In this document: piece by piece, positions 39,232 to 50,610 of the stretch
How positions within the stretch are numbered: the first letter of the stretch is position 1
Layout: every line of letters starts with the position of its first letter
Source of the DNA: an uncultured Nitrospiraceae bacterium
GTDB lineage: Bacteria > Nitrospirota > Thermodesulfovibrionia > Thermodesulfovibrionales > UBA6898
Length of the DNA: 64,000 nucleotides
NCBI GenBank assembly: GCA_963811165.1
Contig: CAWEQH010000004.1
Location: 576,001 to 640,000, forward strand
Direction: 5' to 3'
Made by a program: the position numbers and the translations under genes
The notes under the pieces: model-generated
Seen by the model: only the letters and a program-made list of their open reading frames with translations
Told to the model about the DNA's origin: nothing
The model's database searches: none

Positions 39232-39422
39232 AAATTTCTGTATTTTCCCTGCTTCTCCTCTCCAAATCTTATGGCATAAAGGTACTTTTATCAAGTCCTC
39301 CGGAAATGGTCAGCGAGAATGCATCTTTTCCCCATTCCCGGGGCAGTAATCGGGAATCCATCGACTTCAAAAGAAGGCTCCGGATTCCCGCTCTGCGAAT
39401 TGCTAGACCCTTAAGTACCTCT

Positions 39423-39740
39423 CTAGTTCCCGGCCCCATACTGGACGGCCAGGTAGCCTTCGATTACCTTTGCGTCTTCCTGAGGGATGGGTGCCCCCAT
39501 TACTTTTATCATTTTATCGACCTCGGCTGTCCACTGTGCCTTCGTGAATTTCGGTTGCATAGTGATGTAATCGAGGCTGTGGCAGATGCTGCAGAACCTC
39601 TCCGTAACATCCTTTCCTTCCCCAGCCTTCAGTTCGGTCGTGACCGAGGGCAGTTCAATCGAATGAACGGACCCCTTCGTTGCTGCATATGCGAACCCCG
39701 TAAGCGCAGAGAGTATGAGGAGAATGATGATATTTTTCAT
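39423..39740 (-). CDS. Monoheme cytochrome c, SorB-like
   Basis: Signal peptide, CSICHS.DYI..QP, W...V.KM...GAPI; follows the Mo-enzyme. Confidence 0.85.
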   Translation of the reverse strand: MKNIIILLILSALTGFAYAATKGSVHSIELPSVTTELKAGEGKDVTERFCSICHSLDYITMQPKFTKAQWTAEVDKMIKVMGAPIPQEDAKVIEGYLAVQYGAGN

Positions 39741-39749
39741 GTCGGCCTC

Positions 39750-40942
39750 CTACTTTACGATGACTTCTGTTTTTTCGACTTTGTTTCTCAGAAACCCCGC
39801 CGGGTTCCAGAGGCCCTCGAAGGGCTGTGACCCGCCGATCATGTCGGTCGCCCGCGCCATAAGGACATATCTGCCGGGCTTTGTCGGACGCCAGGGATAG
39901 AACCACTGTCTCCACGAGTATTTCCCTTTGTCCTGGCCCAACCGTGCCTCTTCCCAACTCTTTCCGCCATCGACAGAAACGACAACGTCCTGTATGCCGT
40001 ATCCCCCGGAAAAGGCGATACCCATGACCTCAATCGGTTTGTTCAAAACGAGCTCGCCGTTTTCCGCTGGCTCGACGATCAGGGACCTTGTGGTCATTTT
40101 GTATATCGGCACCGTCTTTTTGGGCGCGGTCCCCGGCGCCACGCAGCCGCAGTCGTTGTCGGGGATCCTGTACGCGGACTTGACCCAGAACCCTTCGAAT
40201 GGTTTCGTAAGGACCGTAATGCTGCTCAATGACTTCACCCAGTAGGTGGCATACCAGCCCGGCACGATGAGTCTGGCAGGAAAGCCGTTTAACATCGGAA
40301 GAGGATTTCCGTTCATCTCATAGGCGATGATGATATCTTCTTCCATTGCCTTGTCGACAGGAAGGCTTTTCTAGAAAATCGGGCACTGTTGGGCAGCGGC
40401 GGCCCGTCGAACCCGTCGAAGGAGACGTCGACCGTGCCGGCCTTTACCCCGGCGGCATTGAGGACGTCCCTCAGCCGCACCCCCGTCCAGGTAACATTCC
40501 CCATCGCCCCGTTTTTCCACTGCCCGCCTGCAACGCGCGGCTCGAACAGACTCCTTCCGTTCCCTGAACACTGAATGACGGCGGTGTAGGAGACCCTTTC
40601 GAATTTTTTGAGGTCATCCATCGAGACCTGCAATTCTTTTTCGGTATTGCCTCCTACCTTGATCCTCCATGTATCCATGTCGACCGACGTAGGGACATTT
40701 GCTATGTGCCATCTGACAAAGAGCGCCTCATTCGGGGTAATCAACTCCTTGTAATAGCCGAGGGGTGTTTCTAACTGTGGAGGCCTCGAGGTAAGGAGGA
40801 TCAGGTCGGTTTTTTCAGGGAATTTGGCCATCCTCCTTTGCTGGGCGAAAAGCTCAGTCGGGAAATCCCCCACCGCGGCCATTGCAGTCACGGCCCCGGC
40901 CACTTTCAGAAAAGTCCTCCGCGTAAAATAATTTTCGATCAT
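39750..40942 (-). CDS. Sulfite-oxidase-family molybdoenzyme (SorA-like), Tat-exported; frameshifted near 40365-40392
   Basis: TRRTFLK Tat motif, RPPQLETP, QCSGNGR Mo-Cys, LNGFP.RL.VPGWY.TYWVK in the second ORF. Confidence 0.85.
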
Positions 40943-41088
40943 GGTCTTGCCCTCCTTTTAGTCCACTTATATCACAAAAAAGGGGAGGGCACAACCAATG
41001 AAGGAGAAGGCAGGCAGACATTCTTCTAAGCGGCAAGACGGGCGCAGGCCGTCATGCCGTTGTCGAAGACCCGGAAGGCCTCAAAATT

Positions 41089-42201
41089 CTACGGCTTCCA
41101 GTATTCCGCGAACTTCCCGCCCTTTGTGATCCATAGGACATACGGGGCGGAGATGACATCTCCCTTTGCATCGAATTTTATTTTTCCGGTGGCCCCGCTG
41201 AACTCCAGAGAGTGAAGTTTGTCGATGATCGCCTTGCCGTCGGCGGCATTGGCCTCCTTGATCGCAGTAATGAGAATATTTGCTGCATCGTAAGAGTAAA
41301 TAGAATAAGGGCCGATCTCTCCGAATTTGGCGTGGTAATTTTTCAGGAAGTCCTTTGCGGTGGGTATGTTGTTGGGGTCGGGACTGAAGGTCAGGTACGT
41401 GCCCTCTGCGGCCTCGGCCCCGGCGATCTCGATGAACTTACGGTCGATAGTTCCGTCACCGCTCATAAATGGCGCCCTGATCCCGAGTTCTTTCGCCTGC
41501 CTTACCAGAAGGCCCGCCTCCGGGTATATGCCGCCGAAGAAAATCAATTCCGGACTCTTTTCCCGAATCGTGGTCAGTACGCTTTTGAAGTCTTTGTCGC
41601 CCGCGACGATGCCGCCGTAGTAGACAACTTCAACGCCCCCCCCAAGGGCCTTCTTAAATTCATCGGCCAGCCCCTGACCATAGGTCGTTTTATCATGGAT
41701 TACCGCGACCCTTTTCAGTTTGAGCTGATTTTTTGCGAACTCGGCGCCCACTTTGCCCTGCTGGTCGTCCCTTCCGCAGACCCTGAAGACGCCCCTGTAT
41801 CCCCTTTCCGTGAACTGGGGGTTTGTAGAGCCCGGTGATATCATGGGGATGCCCGCCCTGTTATAGTTATCGGATGCAGGGATCGAGCAGCTCGAGTTGA
41901 AATGACCGATCACCCCGACGACACCGTCGTCAACGAGTTTGTTTGCGACCGAGACCGCCTGCTTCGGGTCGTGCTGGTCGTCGCCTACCAGTAGTTCTAT
42001 CTTTTTACCGAGTATCCCGCCCTTTGCGTTCCATTCCTCGACGGCGAGGGTGACGCCGTTTCTGAAATCCATACCCATCTTCGACTGGTCGCCCGTCATG
42101 GGGCCAGCAACGCCGATCTTTACCGTGTCGGTTTTTTTCTTGCAGGCGGTTGCGGAAAACAAAGCGGCAACAACCAGCAGCACTGCACAGATTTTCTTCA
42201 T
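41089..42201 (-). CDS. Branched-chain amino acid ABC substrate-binding lipoprotein (LivJ/LivK-like)
   Basis: AAAGAGGTG RBS, ATG 42201, lipobox SATAC, GVAGPMTG, DD..DPKQA, GHFNSS, HDKTTYGQGLA. Confidence 0.9.
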   Translation of the reverse strand: MKKICAVLLVVAALFSATACKKKTDTVKIGVAGPMTGDQSKMGMDFRNGVTLAVEEWNAKGGILGKKIELLVGDDQHDPKQAVSVANKLVDDGVVGVIGHFNSSCSIPASDNYNRAGIPMISPGSTNPQFTERGYRGVFRVCGRDDQQGKVGAEFAKNQLKLKRVAVIHDKTTYGQGLADEFKKALGGGVEVVYYGGIVAGDKDFKSVLTTIREKSPELIFFGGIYPEAGLLVRQAKELGIRAPFMSGDGTIDRKFIEIAGAEAAEGTYLTFSPDPNNIPTAKDFLKNYHAKFGEIGPYSIYSYDAANILITAIKEANAADGKAIIDKLHSLEFSGATGKIKFDAKGDVISAPYVLWITKGGKFAEYWKP

Positions 42202-42834
42202 CTCGCACCTCTTTATGTGTATTGTACGGCCTTCAAAATAAGAAAGGAACTGCGCGGCATTTGAAGCTACGTCGCCTTTACAGATCGCCGAAGCTACCGC
42301 CGCCGCTCCGGCGCCGGCTTTCATTATTGCCCAAATATTATCGGCATTTATCCCTCCTATTGCAATTACCGGAATGCCGACGTTCTGCGTGATCAGCTTC
42401 AGATTGTCGATCCCCCTTGGTGTGCCGGCATCTTTGGTCTTCGTCTCAAAGACAGGACCAAAGCCGATGTAATCGGCCCCTCCTGTCTCTGCCTCTTTTG
42501 CCTGCTTCAGATCATGGGTCGAGATGCCGATGATCTTTTCGCCCATTATTTTCCTGGCCTCAGCCAAAGGAAGATCGTCCTGCCCGAGATGGACGCCGTC
42601 GGCGCCGACGGCCAGGGCTATGTCGGCATGGTCGTTTATGATGAGTGTGGCGTTGAATTGGCGGGTCAGTTCCCTCAACTTCACTGCTTCTTCATAAATC
42701 TCCCGCCTTGTCCCCTCTTTCTGCCTGTACTGGATAAAACTGATCCCCGCCTTAAGGACCGCAAACACCGTCTCGTAAAGCGCTGCGCCGCAGGAACTCT
42801 TATCAGTAATAAAACAGATGCCGTTAAGATACAC
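42202..42834 (-). CDS. thiE: Thiamine-phosphate synthase; no stop codon, runs in frame into the LivJ-like gene
   Basis: QYRQK, IIND..D.A, GVHLGQDD, GISTH, DYIG.GPVF.T.TK, AIGGI. Confidence 0.88.
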
Positions 42835-42972
42835 CGTCGTCCCCTTATTTTCAGAATCTTATCGCCGACATGATATCGTTTATTTTACAGGATATGCATC
42901 ATGCCGACAATGCGGGGATGGACTCGTAAACCCTTTTGGGTAGATTTGAGGAAAAACCGCTATCAGCGTTTT

Positions 42973-44337
42973 CTACTTACTGACCGGAACGGACGCCGGG
43001 TTGAACTTCTCTACGAAGCTTGTGGTGAAAGTCCCGTTATAGAAGTCCGGGTCGTTAACGACCTTTTTATGGAAGGGGATCGTCGTCTTTATGCCCTCGA
43101 TGATAAATTCGTCGAGAGCCCGCTTCATCCGGGAGATAGCCTCTGCCCTGTCCTTTCCGTGTACGATCAGCTTGGCGATAAGGGAATCGTAATGCGAGGG
43201 GATGACGCAGCCGTTATACGCAGCGGTGTCGACCCGAACTCCCGGACCGCCGGGGAGGGACATGAACGTGATCTTCCCGGGACACGGGATGAACCTCTCG
43301 GGGTCCTCGGCGTTGATCCTGCATTCTATTGCATGCCCGGAGAGCTTTATCTGTGTCTGCTTCATTTCAAGGGGAAAGCCCGCCGCTATCTTGATCTGTT
43401 CCTTTACTATGTCGACGCCGCTTACATATTCAGTGACCGGATGCTCGACCTGCAGCCGTGTGTTCATCTCCATGAAATAAATGTTGCCTTCGCCGTCGAC
43501 GATGAATTCGACGGTGCCGGCATTCTTATATTTGGTCGCCTTTGCGGCCTTGACTGCGTATTCCCCGATTTTTTTCCTGAATTTTTCAGTGGCGATAGGG
43601 GAGGGCGACTCCTCGATAAGTTTTTGGTGCCTCCTCTGGATCGAGCAGTCCCTCTCGCCAAGGTGCAGTACGTCGCCCTTGGTGTCGGCGAGTATCTGGA
43701 CCTCGATATGCCTGATCTCCGGTATATATTTTTCTATGTAGAGCTCTCCGTTGCCAAAGGCGGTGAGGGCCTCTCTTTGGGCCATGAAGTATAACTTATC
43801 AAGTTCCTCTTCGGAAGATGCGACCCGCATCCCCCTGCCGCCGCCTCCCGCGGAGGCCTTGATGATGACCGGAAACCCGATTTTCTTTGCCGTCTTGAGT
43901 GCCGCCTCTTCAGAGACGACCGCGCCCTCGCTTCCCGGGACCACCGGAACTCCCCTTCGCTTCATCACCTGTCTTGCCTTTGCCTTGTCGCCGCCGAGCC
44001 TTATCGATTCAGGTGACGGACCGATGAACGTGATGCCGGAAGTCAGACATGCCTCGGCAAAATGAGGGTTTTCGGACAGGAACCCGTATCCGGGGTGGAT
44101 CGCCTCTGAGTCGGTGATCTCTGCGGACGTGAGGATGCTGGGGATATTATTATAGCTCTGCGCTGAGTTCGCAGGACCGATGCAGATGGATTCATCCGCG
44201 AATTTTGTATGGAGGGAGTCCTTGTCTACGTCGGAATAGACCGCGACCGTCTTGATCCCGAGTTCCTTGCAGGCCCTTATTATCCTGACCGCAATCTCTC
44301 CGCGGTTGGCGATGAGTATCTTCTTAAAGAGTCTCAT
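42973..44337 (-). CDS. accC: Biotin carboxylase
   Basis: [42 protein letters not shown]. Confidence 0.97.
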   Translation of the reverse strand: MRLFKKILIANRGEIAVRIIRACKELGIKTVAVYSDVDKDSLHTKFADESICIGPANSAQSYNNIPSILTSAEITDSEAIHPGYGFLSENPHFAEACLTSGITFIGPSPESIRLGGDKAKARQVMKRRGVPVVPGSEGAVVSEEAALKTAKKIGFPVIIKASAGGGGRGMRVASSEEELDKLYFMAQREALTAFGNGELYIEKYIPEIRHIEVQILADTKGDVLHLGERDCSIQRRHQKLIEESPSPIATEKFRKKIGEYAVKAAKATKYKNAGTVEFIVDGEGNIYFMEMNTRLQVEHPVTEYVSGVDIVKEQIKIAAGFPLEMKQTQIKLSGHAIECRINAEDPERFIPCPGKITFMSLPGGPGVRVDTAAYNGCVIPSHYDSLIAKLIVHGKDRAEAISRMKRALDEFIIEGIKTTIPFHKKVVNDPDFYNGTFTTSFVEKFNPASVPVSK

Positions 44338-44768
44338 GCCGGCTCAATAAGGAAAAGGGGCTCGCCGTACTCTACCGGCTGCCCGTTTTCAACGAGGGCC
44401 TTCACCAAAATCCCGTCGGTCTCGCTCTCTATCTCGTTCATAAGCTTCATCGCCTCGATGATACAGAGCACCTGGCCTTTTTTGACCCTCTGACCCCCAT
44501 CGACAAAAGGGGGAGCGTCCGGGGAGGACGACCGGTAAAACGTGCCTACGATGGGAGAGGTGACGGTGATCAGTCTCTGTGTCTCCTCCTCGGTCTCCCT
44601 GATGATCGTCTCCTTCAGGGCAGGGGGCTTTTGGGAAGGGATCTCGAGGGAAGAAAAAATCTTTTCCCTCTTTATCTTCACTTTCGTACCGTCTTTTTCC
44701 ACCAGCAATTCGGTGATGTCGGTTTCCTTGAGAAGCTCGATCAGCCCCTTCAGGTCCTCAAGTTCCAT
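44334..44768 (-). CDS. accB: Biotin carboxyl carrier protein
   Basis: [16 protein letters not shown]. Confidence 0.97.
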   Translation of the reverse strand: MELEDLKGLIELLKETDITELLVEKDGTKVKIKREKIFSSLEIPSQKPPALKETIIRETEEETQRLITVTSPIVGTFYRSSSPDAPPFVDGGQRVKKGQVLCIIEAMKLMNEIESETDGILVKALVENGQPVEYGEPLFLIEPA

Positions 44769-45328
44769 TATTTTACCCTTTCTATGTATTCAGACGTCCT
44801 CGTGTCTACCTTGATGGTGTCTCCTTCGTTTATATGAAAAGGGACCCGGACGACCGCGCCGGTTTCAAGTGTCGCCGGCTTTCCGCCGCCGGATGCGGTA
44901 TCTCCCTTAAACCCGGGGTCGGTCTTGACGATGACGAGTTCGATAAACGTAGGCAGTTCGACATTGAGCGGCTGTCCCCTATAGTTGAGGATCTTCACCT
45001 CTGTATTTTCCTTCAGAAAAAGTTTGGCATCTCCCAGTTGGGCCTCGCTCAGCGGCACCTGCTCGAACGTCTCCTGGTCCATGAAATAATAGTGCCCGTC
45101 CTGCATGTAAAGGTACTGCATCTTTCTCTCATCGAGTTCAGGAGTGGGAAACTTTTCTCCCGACCTGATCGTTTCTTCTATCACCGCGCCGGTCTTTATG
45201 TTCTTCATCTTCGTTTTAATGACGGCGCCGCCCCTGCCCATCTTCACGTGCTGAAAATCAATGATCTCGTACGGGTCGCCCTTGTACTCCATTTTCAAGC
45301 CTTTTCTAAAATCCGATGTTGAAATCAA
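44768..45328 (-). CDS. efp: Elongation factor P (Arg32 tip)
   Basis: [31 protein letters not shown]. Confidence 0.97.
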   Translation of the reverse strand: MISTSDFRKGLKMEYKGDPYEIIDFQHVKMGRGGAVIKTKMKNIKTGAVIEETIRSGEKFPTPELDERKMQYLYMQDGHYYFMDQETFEQVPLSEAQLGDAKLFLKENTEVKILNYRGQPLNVELPTFIELVIVKTDPGFKGDTASGGGKPATLETGAVVRVPFHINEGDTIKVDTRTSEYIERVK

Positions 45329-45355
45329 CTCTTATTTCCTCCTGGTGCTGATAAT

Positions 45356-46414
45356 TTACCGTATATCGAGTTCCTTGGAAAGCGTCGTCATTACCCTGCA
45401 GCTTTTGCCGCGGGCGACGACCATATCCTCTATGCGCACGCCGCCGAGACCAGGCAGATATATTCCGGGCTCGACCGTAAAGACCATGCCCGTCTTTACC
45501 GACTCCCTTCCCAATCTTGAGATGCGCGGAAGTTCATGGACGTTGAGTCCGACCCCGTGGCCCGTCCCGTGTCCGAAGAAATCCCCGTATCCTGCATCCT
45601 TTATTACATCCCTGGCGGCCTTGTCCACCATCCGTGCGGGAACGCCGTCACTTACCGCTGCGATCCCTGCAAGGTTTGCCCTAAGGACGGCCTGGTAAAT
45701 TTCCTTCTTTTTCTCAAGGTCCCGACCGTGCATCAAGAAAGTCCTCGTCATGTCCGAACAGTAGCCGCCTGCTTCTCCGCCCCAATCGACGACGACAAGG
45801 TCTCCGGACCTGATCTTGGTATCTCCCGGCTTTGCGTGAGGCATCGACGAATTCGGTCCGGCGGCAACTATTATATCAAATGGCAGGGAGACGCAACCGT
45901 TTTTTTTCAACGCTTCTTCGAGTCGCGCGGCCAGTTGGACCTCTTTTGCTCCTTCCCGTATATGCGGCCGTATTTCGGTTAAGGCTTTTTCCGCCCTCAT
46001 TACGGCCTTGCCAATCAGGTCCAACTCGGTCCGGTCCTTGACCCTGCGCAGGTCCTCCACCAGATTCGTCACCGCACGCACCCGCAGTCCTTTCCCTATT
46101 ATTGACTTATAGAAGGCATAGGAGGCGGACGACTCGAACCCGAGCGTCTTGATCCCGAGCAAACGCGCCTTCTCCAGTACCAGTTTGGGCCTTTCTTCCT
46201 TTTCGATGAAGATATCGAATCCGGCCACCTCTTTTTTTGATTGTTCTTCGTAACGGAAATCGGTGAAGAAAAGGCGATGTTTCCCTGAGATGAGAAGACA
46301 TGCCGATGACCCTGTGAAGCCGGAAAGGTACCTGATGTTCTTCAGGTCGGTGATAATAATCCCGTCGGCGCCCTTCGAACGGAGGGCATCGGTTATATCA
46401 GTGAGGCGGCTCAT
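45356..46414 (-). CDS. Xaa-Pro aminopeptidase (M24)
   Basis: [46 protein letters not shown]. Confidence 0.93.
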   Translation of the reverse strand: MSRLTDITDALRSKGADGIIITDLKNIRYLSGFTGSSACLLISGKHRLFFTDFRYEEQSKKEVAGFDIFIEKEERPKLVLEKARLLGIKTLGFESSASYAFYKSIIGKGLRVRAVTNLVEDLRRVKDRTELDLIGKAVMRAEKALTEIRPHIREGAKEVQLAARLEEALKKNGCVSLPFDIIVAAGPNSSMPHAKPGDTKIRSGDLVVVDWGGEAGGYCSDMTRTFLMHGRDLEKKKEIYQAVLRANLAGIAAVSDGVPARMVDKAARDVIKDAGYGDFFGHGTGHGVGLNVHELPRISRLGRESVKTGMVFTVEPGIYLPGLGGVRIEDMVVARGKSCRVMTTLSKELDIR

Positions 46415-46842
46415 TTCGAAAGGATTTTTTTTGCGGCCCTTACCGCCAGCAGGTAGCCTTCCACGCCCAGGCCGCTGATCTGGCCTGTAGCGACCCCGGA
46501 AATATAAGAGTGTTTCCGGAAGTCCTCCCGTTTGTAAATGTTTGAGATATGCACTTCTATCGTCGGTTTTCCCACCGCGGCGATCGCGTCCCGTATGGCC
46601 ACGCTCGTATGCGTGTAGGCGGCCGGATTAATGATGAGCAGATCGTATGTCTTTCCTTGGATCGCATCAACGATAGCGCCCTCGCTGTTGGATTGGAGCA
46701 CCTCGGATTCCATGCCGAGTTCGGAGCATAGCAAGCGGATCCTGCCGTCGAGGTCGCCCAGGGAGTCCGAGCCGTAAATACCCGGTTCTCTTTTGCCGAG
46801 AAGGTTTAAATTTGGTCCGTGTATTACAAGAATTTTTTTCAT
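46411..46842 (-). CDS. aroQ: Type II 3-dehydroquinate dehydratase
   Basis: [30 protein letters not shown]. Confidence 0.97.
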   Translation of the reverse strand: MKKILVIHGPNLNLLGKREPGIYGSDSLGDLDGRIRLLCSELGMESEVLQSNSEGAIVDAIQGKTYDLLIINPAAYTHTSVAIRDAIAAVGKPTIEVHISNIYKREDFRKHSYISGVATGQISGLGVEGYLLAVRAAKKILSK

Positions 46843-46940
46843 TATCAGTGATTAAGAACCGCTCAAGCCGCCTAAGACATATTCCGCCGATCGAACCGTT
46901 AGCTATAACGCGTTTGAAGCGGCCAGCAGCAAAAATGGAG

Positions 46941-47297
46941 CTAGAACTCTCCCTCGATTTTCGGGACCGCAGTTTTGAGAATGAACCGCCCTTTGCCGTA
47001 ATTGCCCTCCGGTTTGATTACAAGGGCGAGATAATAATCGTTATTTATCTTCCTCATGATAATGCCGCACCTATCGGAGATGATCGAAAATTCGCGCGCC
47101 TCGCCGAGTCCCAGATTTTCCGCTGCGAGCCCGATGTCCCGTATCATTGCGGAGGCCTCGGCCCCCAGACCGGTAAGGTCAATGAGTTTCTCCGAGACAT
47201 ATTCTTCGACGGGGATCCCGTCAGAGGCTATGATCATGGCGGAGACGGCGCCGTCGACCTTGGAGACAGTCTCTTTAAGAACTTCCGTGAAACTCAT
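46941..47297 (-). CDS. Roadblock/LC7 domain protein (MglC-like)
   Basis: DGI.V..., GN.GKGRF.L roadblock pattern; AAGAGG RBS before ATG 47297. Confidence 0.8.
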   Translation of the reverse strand: MSFTEVLKETVSKVDGAVSAMIIASDGIPVEEYVSEKLIDLTGLGAEASAMIRDIGLAAENLGLGEAREFSIISDRCGIIMRKINNDYYLALVIKPEGNYGKGRFILKTAVPKIEGEF

Positions 47298-48342
47298 CGC
47301 GCCTCTTTTGGATGCCATTCAAAAAGTCGTCTAACTTCGCTATTAATGTCTCTTTGTCTTTTCCCATGAGTTTCATAAGGGACCTCAGTTCCTCTATCCT
47401 TTGCAAAACGGCCTTGTTGTTAGGATCGGCAGAGAGCATTTTCCGGTACGCGTTCATTGCCCCGAGATAATTCCCCGCGGTGATCAGACCATCGGCGTCT
47501 TCCGGTCTCGCGCCTCCGGCAAGAGACTCAGGAGAAACGCTTTCGGCCTTTTCTTCTTCCCAGTGTGCCGCTGGTATGGGTCCCCCCGTATCTGAAGAAA
47601 CGTTCGCAGGGTGAGGGACATCGACCAAGACAGCATCGCCTACGTCTTCGAAGGAAATCTCTTCCTCCGGCGCATCGTCCTCGACAACCTCTATTGTATC
47701 CTTTTCCTCAACCTCACTGTCCGTCTCCACTACCTCTGCGGCTTCGGCAGACTTGTCCCCGAAGATCGAGTCCTTAAAGGCGTTCAGCTCTTCATCGGTA
47801 TGTTGTGGAAGCGTTATCTCGGGGACGGGCTCGACTTCTTCCGCCTCGGGTACGCTGATATCTCCGAAAGACCGTGGAGGCACTGCAGCATCAGGTTCGC
47901 CTTTCCCTTCATGTGCCGTTTCGACTTGTTTATTTTCTTCTTCATTTTCTTCCAGGTCTCTAAGGTTTGAGATCGCGTCGTCATCGAGCGCATTAAGGCT
48001 AAGCACCGCCTTATACGACCTCATCGATAATGTTTTTTCGCCGAGGTCCCGATAGATTTCGGCCAATTTCTTGTGTGCATAGAGATTGTCGGGTATGGAT
48101 TTTATCACATTTTCGAACTCGGACCGGGCCTCGTTCATCATCCCCTTCTCAAGGTATATTTTCCCGAGGGAAACCCTTGCGCTCATGTAGCCGGGTTGTC
48201 TTTCGATCCCTCCCAATAAGACGCTTATGGCCTCATCGAGCATGCCTTCTTTCTTATATTCCTCTGCAAGAGGGACAAAGAGTTTCGAGTTTGGGTCTTT
48301 ATCGACCCGTTCCTTTAATTTTTCTATATCTTTTAGTGACAT
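47275..48342 (-). CDS. TPR protein with acidic linker
   Basis: DP.S.LF.PLAEEY, TPR helices, long D/E-rich middle, C-terminal TPR-like helix pair. Confidence 0.85.
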   Translation of the reverse strand: MSLKDIEKLKERVDKDPNSKLFVPLAEEYKKEGMLDEAISVLLGGIERQPGYMSARVSLGKIYLEKGMMNEARSEFENVIKSIPDNLYAHKKLAEIYRDLGEKTLSMRSYKAVLSLNALDDDAISNLRDLEENEEENKQVETAHEGKGEPDAAVPPRSFGDISVPEAEEVEPVPEITLPQHTDEELNAFKDSIFGDKSAEAAEVVETDSEVEEKDTIEVVEDDAPEEEISFEDVGDAVLVDVPHPANVSSDTGGPIPAAHWEEEKAESVSPESLAGGARPEDADGLITAGNYLGAMNAYRKMLSADPNNKAVLQRIEELRSLMKLMGKDKETLIAKLDDFLNGIQKRRDEFHGSS

Positions 48343-48379
48343 AACCCTGCCACTTTTTTATCAAATCACGCCGATAAAG

Positions 48380-49597
48380 TCAAGCTTTGATTTCAAGAAG
48401 TCTGTCGAGTATTGAATCGGCAACGCTCTCTTTGTCCATCATTTCCAGCCTCGTCTTCCCCTTTTTATCGATGATGACCACGCGGTTGGTATCTACGTCA
48501 AATCCGGCGCCGGGCTCAGTAACGTCGTTAAAGACGATCATATCCATTTTCTTGGCCTTCCTCTTCTTTTCAGCCCTGGCGACGTTGTTCCCGGTTTCCG
48601 CCGCAAAGCCGATAATAAAAGGCCTTTTGTCATACGCGCCGACCGCGGAGATGATATCTTCTGTCGGACGCACCGGAATATGCATCTCGCCCGTTTTTTC
48701 CATCTTGCTCTTCAATGTGAGGGCCGGGGAGAAATCGGCGACTGCAGCGGCCATGATAAGGACGGTTGCGTCCGCCTGTACCGCACCCTTTACCGCCTCC
48801 ATCATCTGAGCCGACGTCTCAACCCCGACGAACGTAACGGCTGCGGGTCTTGTCAGGGAAGAGGGGCCGCTTATAAGGGTCACATCGGCGCCCCTGTTTC
48901 TTGCCGCCTTTGCCAGGGCATATCCCATCTTGCCCGATGACCTGTTGGAGATGAACCTGACAGGGTCGAGATATTCACGTGTGGGTCCGGCGGTTATTAC
49001 GATTTTTTCGCCGGAAAGGTCTTTTTCCGAGAGGGCTGTCTTGACCGCTTCCAAAATCTCCACCGGTTCCGCCATCCTGCCTATCCCTTCCTCGCCGCAG
49101 GCGAGCTCTCCCCTCTCAGGACCTACCTGGATGACCCCGAGGGACAACAGTTTCTGAAGGTTTTCGCGAAAGATCCTGTTTTCGTACATCCTCCAGTTCA
49201 TGGAAGGAGCGATAAGGACCCTGCCCGGGTAGGAAAGGAAACAGGTGCTCAGGAGGTCATCGGCGATACCGTGGGCAAATTTTGCGATGATGTCGGCCGT
49301 GGCCGGTGCGATGACCATCATGTCGGCCGATGCCGGAAGCGATATATGCGCCATCGGTTCATCGAAAAGAGAGGTGTATACCTTGTTCTGTGAGGCCACC
49401 TCGAGGGAAAGCGGGGTTACGAACCGTGCGGCGGCCCCGGTCATCGCGACGACAACCGAGGCGCCTTCGTCTTTTAGTCTGCGAACAAGGTCGATAGACT
49501 TGTAAGCGGCGACTCCTCCTGTAATACCGAGCAGTATGCGCTTATTCTTCAGAATCCTCAGGTGCTTCTTCCTTTTTGTCCGAGAAGAGCTCGTCAA
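48380..49597 (-). CDS. coaBC: Bifunctional PPC decarboxylase/synthase
   Basis: GITGGVAAYK, APATA, APSMN, LACG..G.GR, TAGPTRE.LDPVR..SN.SSGKMG; start uncertain. Confidence 0.96.
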   Translation of the reverse strand: MTSSSRTKRKKHLRILKNKRILLGITGGVAAYKSIDLVRRLKDEGASVVVAMTGAAARFVTPLSLEVASQNKVYTSLFDEPMAHISLPASADMMVIAPATADIIAKFAHGIADDLLSTCFLSYPGRVLIAPSMNWRMYENRIFRENLQKLLSLGVIQVGPERGELACGEEGIGRMAEPVEILEAVKTALSEKDLSGEKIVITAGPTREYLDPVRFISNRSSGKMGYALAKAARNRGADVTLISGPSSLTRPAAVTFVGVETSAQMMEAVKGAVQADATVLIMAAAVADFSPALTLKSKMEKTGEMHIPVRPTEDIISAVGAYDKRPFIIGFAAETGNNVARAEKKRKAKKMDMIVFNDVTEPGAGFDVDTNRVVIIDKKGKTRLEMMDKESVADSILDRLLEIKA

Positions 49598-49949
49598 ACG
49601 CCTTCTTGTCGATCGTCTCCCTTTCGTGCAGGTAGACCTTCAGGTCTTTTTCAAGTTCGCTGAGGTCCTCCCCGGCCGAAATCTTTCTGCTTTCTTCAAG
49701 AAGTTTTCTGTAATCGAACTTGCCGGCCTCTTCTCTGGCCTTTATCGCCTCTTCACCGGTGAGAAATTCGAGTGCGCCGCTGGCGGCTTCTTCGATCGCT
49801 ATGGATGTGACCTTCTTCGACTTGGTCTGTATCTTTGGCTTCGACCCCAAAGAGAGGTCCTTGGCCCTCTGGGAAGCGATTGCAACCAGTCTGTATTTGC
49901 CGTCGATTTTAGTGTTGTCGTACTCTACGGGCAGGGAAATGATGTCCAT
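49542..49949 (-). CDS. rpoZ: RNA polymerase omega subunit with C-terminal extension
   Basis: KYRLV..ASQRAK.L, K.T.IAIEE; gmk-rpoZ-coaBC order; GGAGGAAGG RBS. Confidence 0.85.
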   Translation of the reverse strand: MDIISLPVEYDNTKIDGKYRLVAIASQRAKDLSLGSKPKIQTKSKKVTSIAIEEAASGALEFLTGEEAIKAREEAGKFDYRKLLEESRKISAGEDLSELEKDLKVYLHERETIDKKAFDELFSDKKEEAPEDSEE

Positions 49950-49959
49950 TCCTTCCTCC

Positions 49960-50610
49960 TCATTCTTTAAGAAAATTACGTTTGATCCATTTCGGATCAA
50001 TCTTGCCGATACTGACCCTCTCGGCCGTGATGACTGCATCGAGTTTCTTGATCGAGTCGCTTAATACGTCATTAACTATAACATAGTCATACATTTTATC
50101 GCCCGTTATCTCGTGCATCGCTTCCTTGATTTCATCAACCGCCCTTTTAAGACGGCGGTCAATATCCGTATCTTCTTTCGCATCATTACTTTTCCGCTTC
50201 TCCAACCTGTCCCGCAGGACGTCCATGGAAGGCGGGAGGATAAAGATGAATACCCCTTCAGGGAAGGAGCCTCTGATCTGTCTGGCACCCTGTGTATCGA
50301 TATCGAGTATCACGTCGAAGCCGGAGCGCATGAGCCCCTCCAGTCTTTTCTTTGAGGTCCCATAGAGGTTGCCGTGCACCTCGGCCCATTCGGCGAACTC
50401 CCCCCTGGCTACCATTTTTCGGAATGTACTTTCGTTTACAAACGTATAATCCACCCCATCGACCTCGCCCTTTCTGGGCCGGCGGGTGGTGAAGGAAACC
50501 GACGCCCTGAGGTTCCCTTCCCTCTCAATGATTTTATTGCCTAACGTCGTCTTGCCGGCGCCCGACGGCGCGGAGATGACGAAGATGCTGCCTTTAGCCT
50601 TCTTCTGCAA
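49960..50610 (-). CDS. gmk: Guanylate kinase
   Basis: [34 protein letters not shown]. Confidence 0.97.
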   Translation of the reverse strand: MQKKAKGSIFVISAPSGAGKTTLGNKIIEREGNLRASVSFTTRRPRKGEVDGVDYTFVNESTFRKMVARGEFAEWAEVHGNLYGTSKKRLEGLMRSGFDVILDIDTQGARQIRGSFPEGVFIFILPPSMDVLRDRLEKRKSNDAKEDTDIDRRLKRAVDEIKEAMHEITGDKMYDYVIVNDVLSDSIKKLDAVITAERVSIGKIDPKWIKRNFLKE

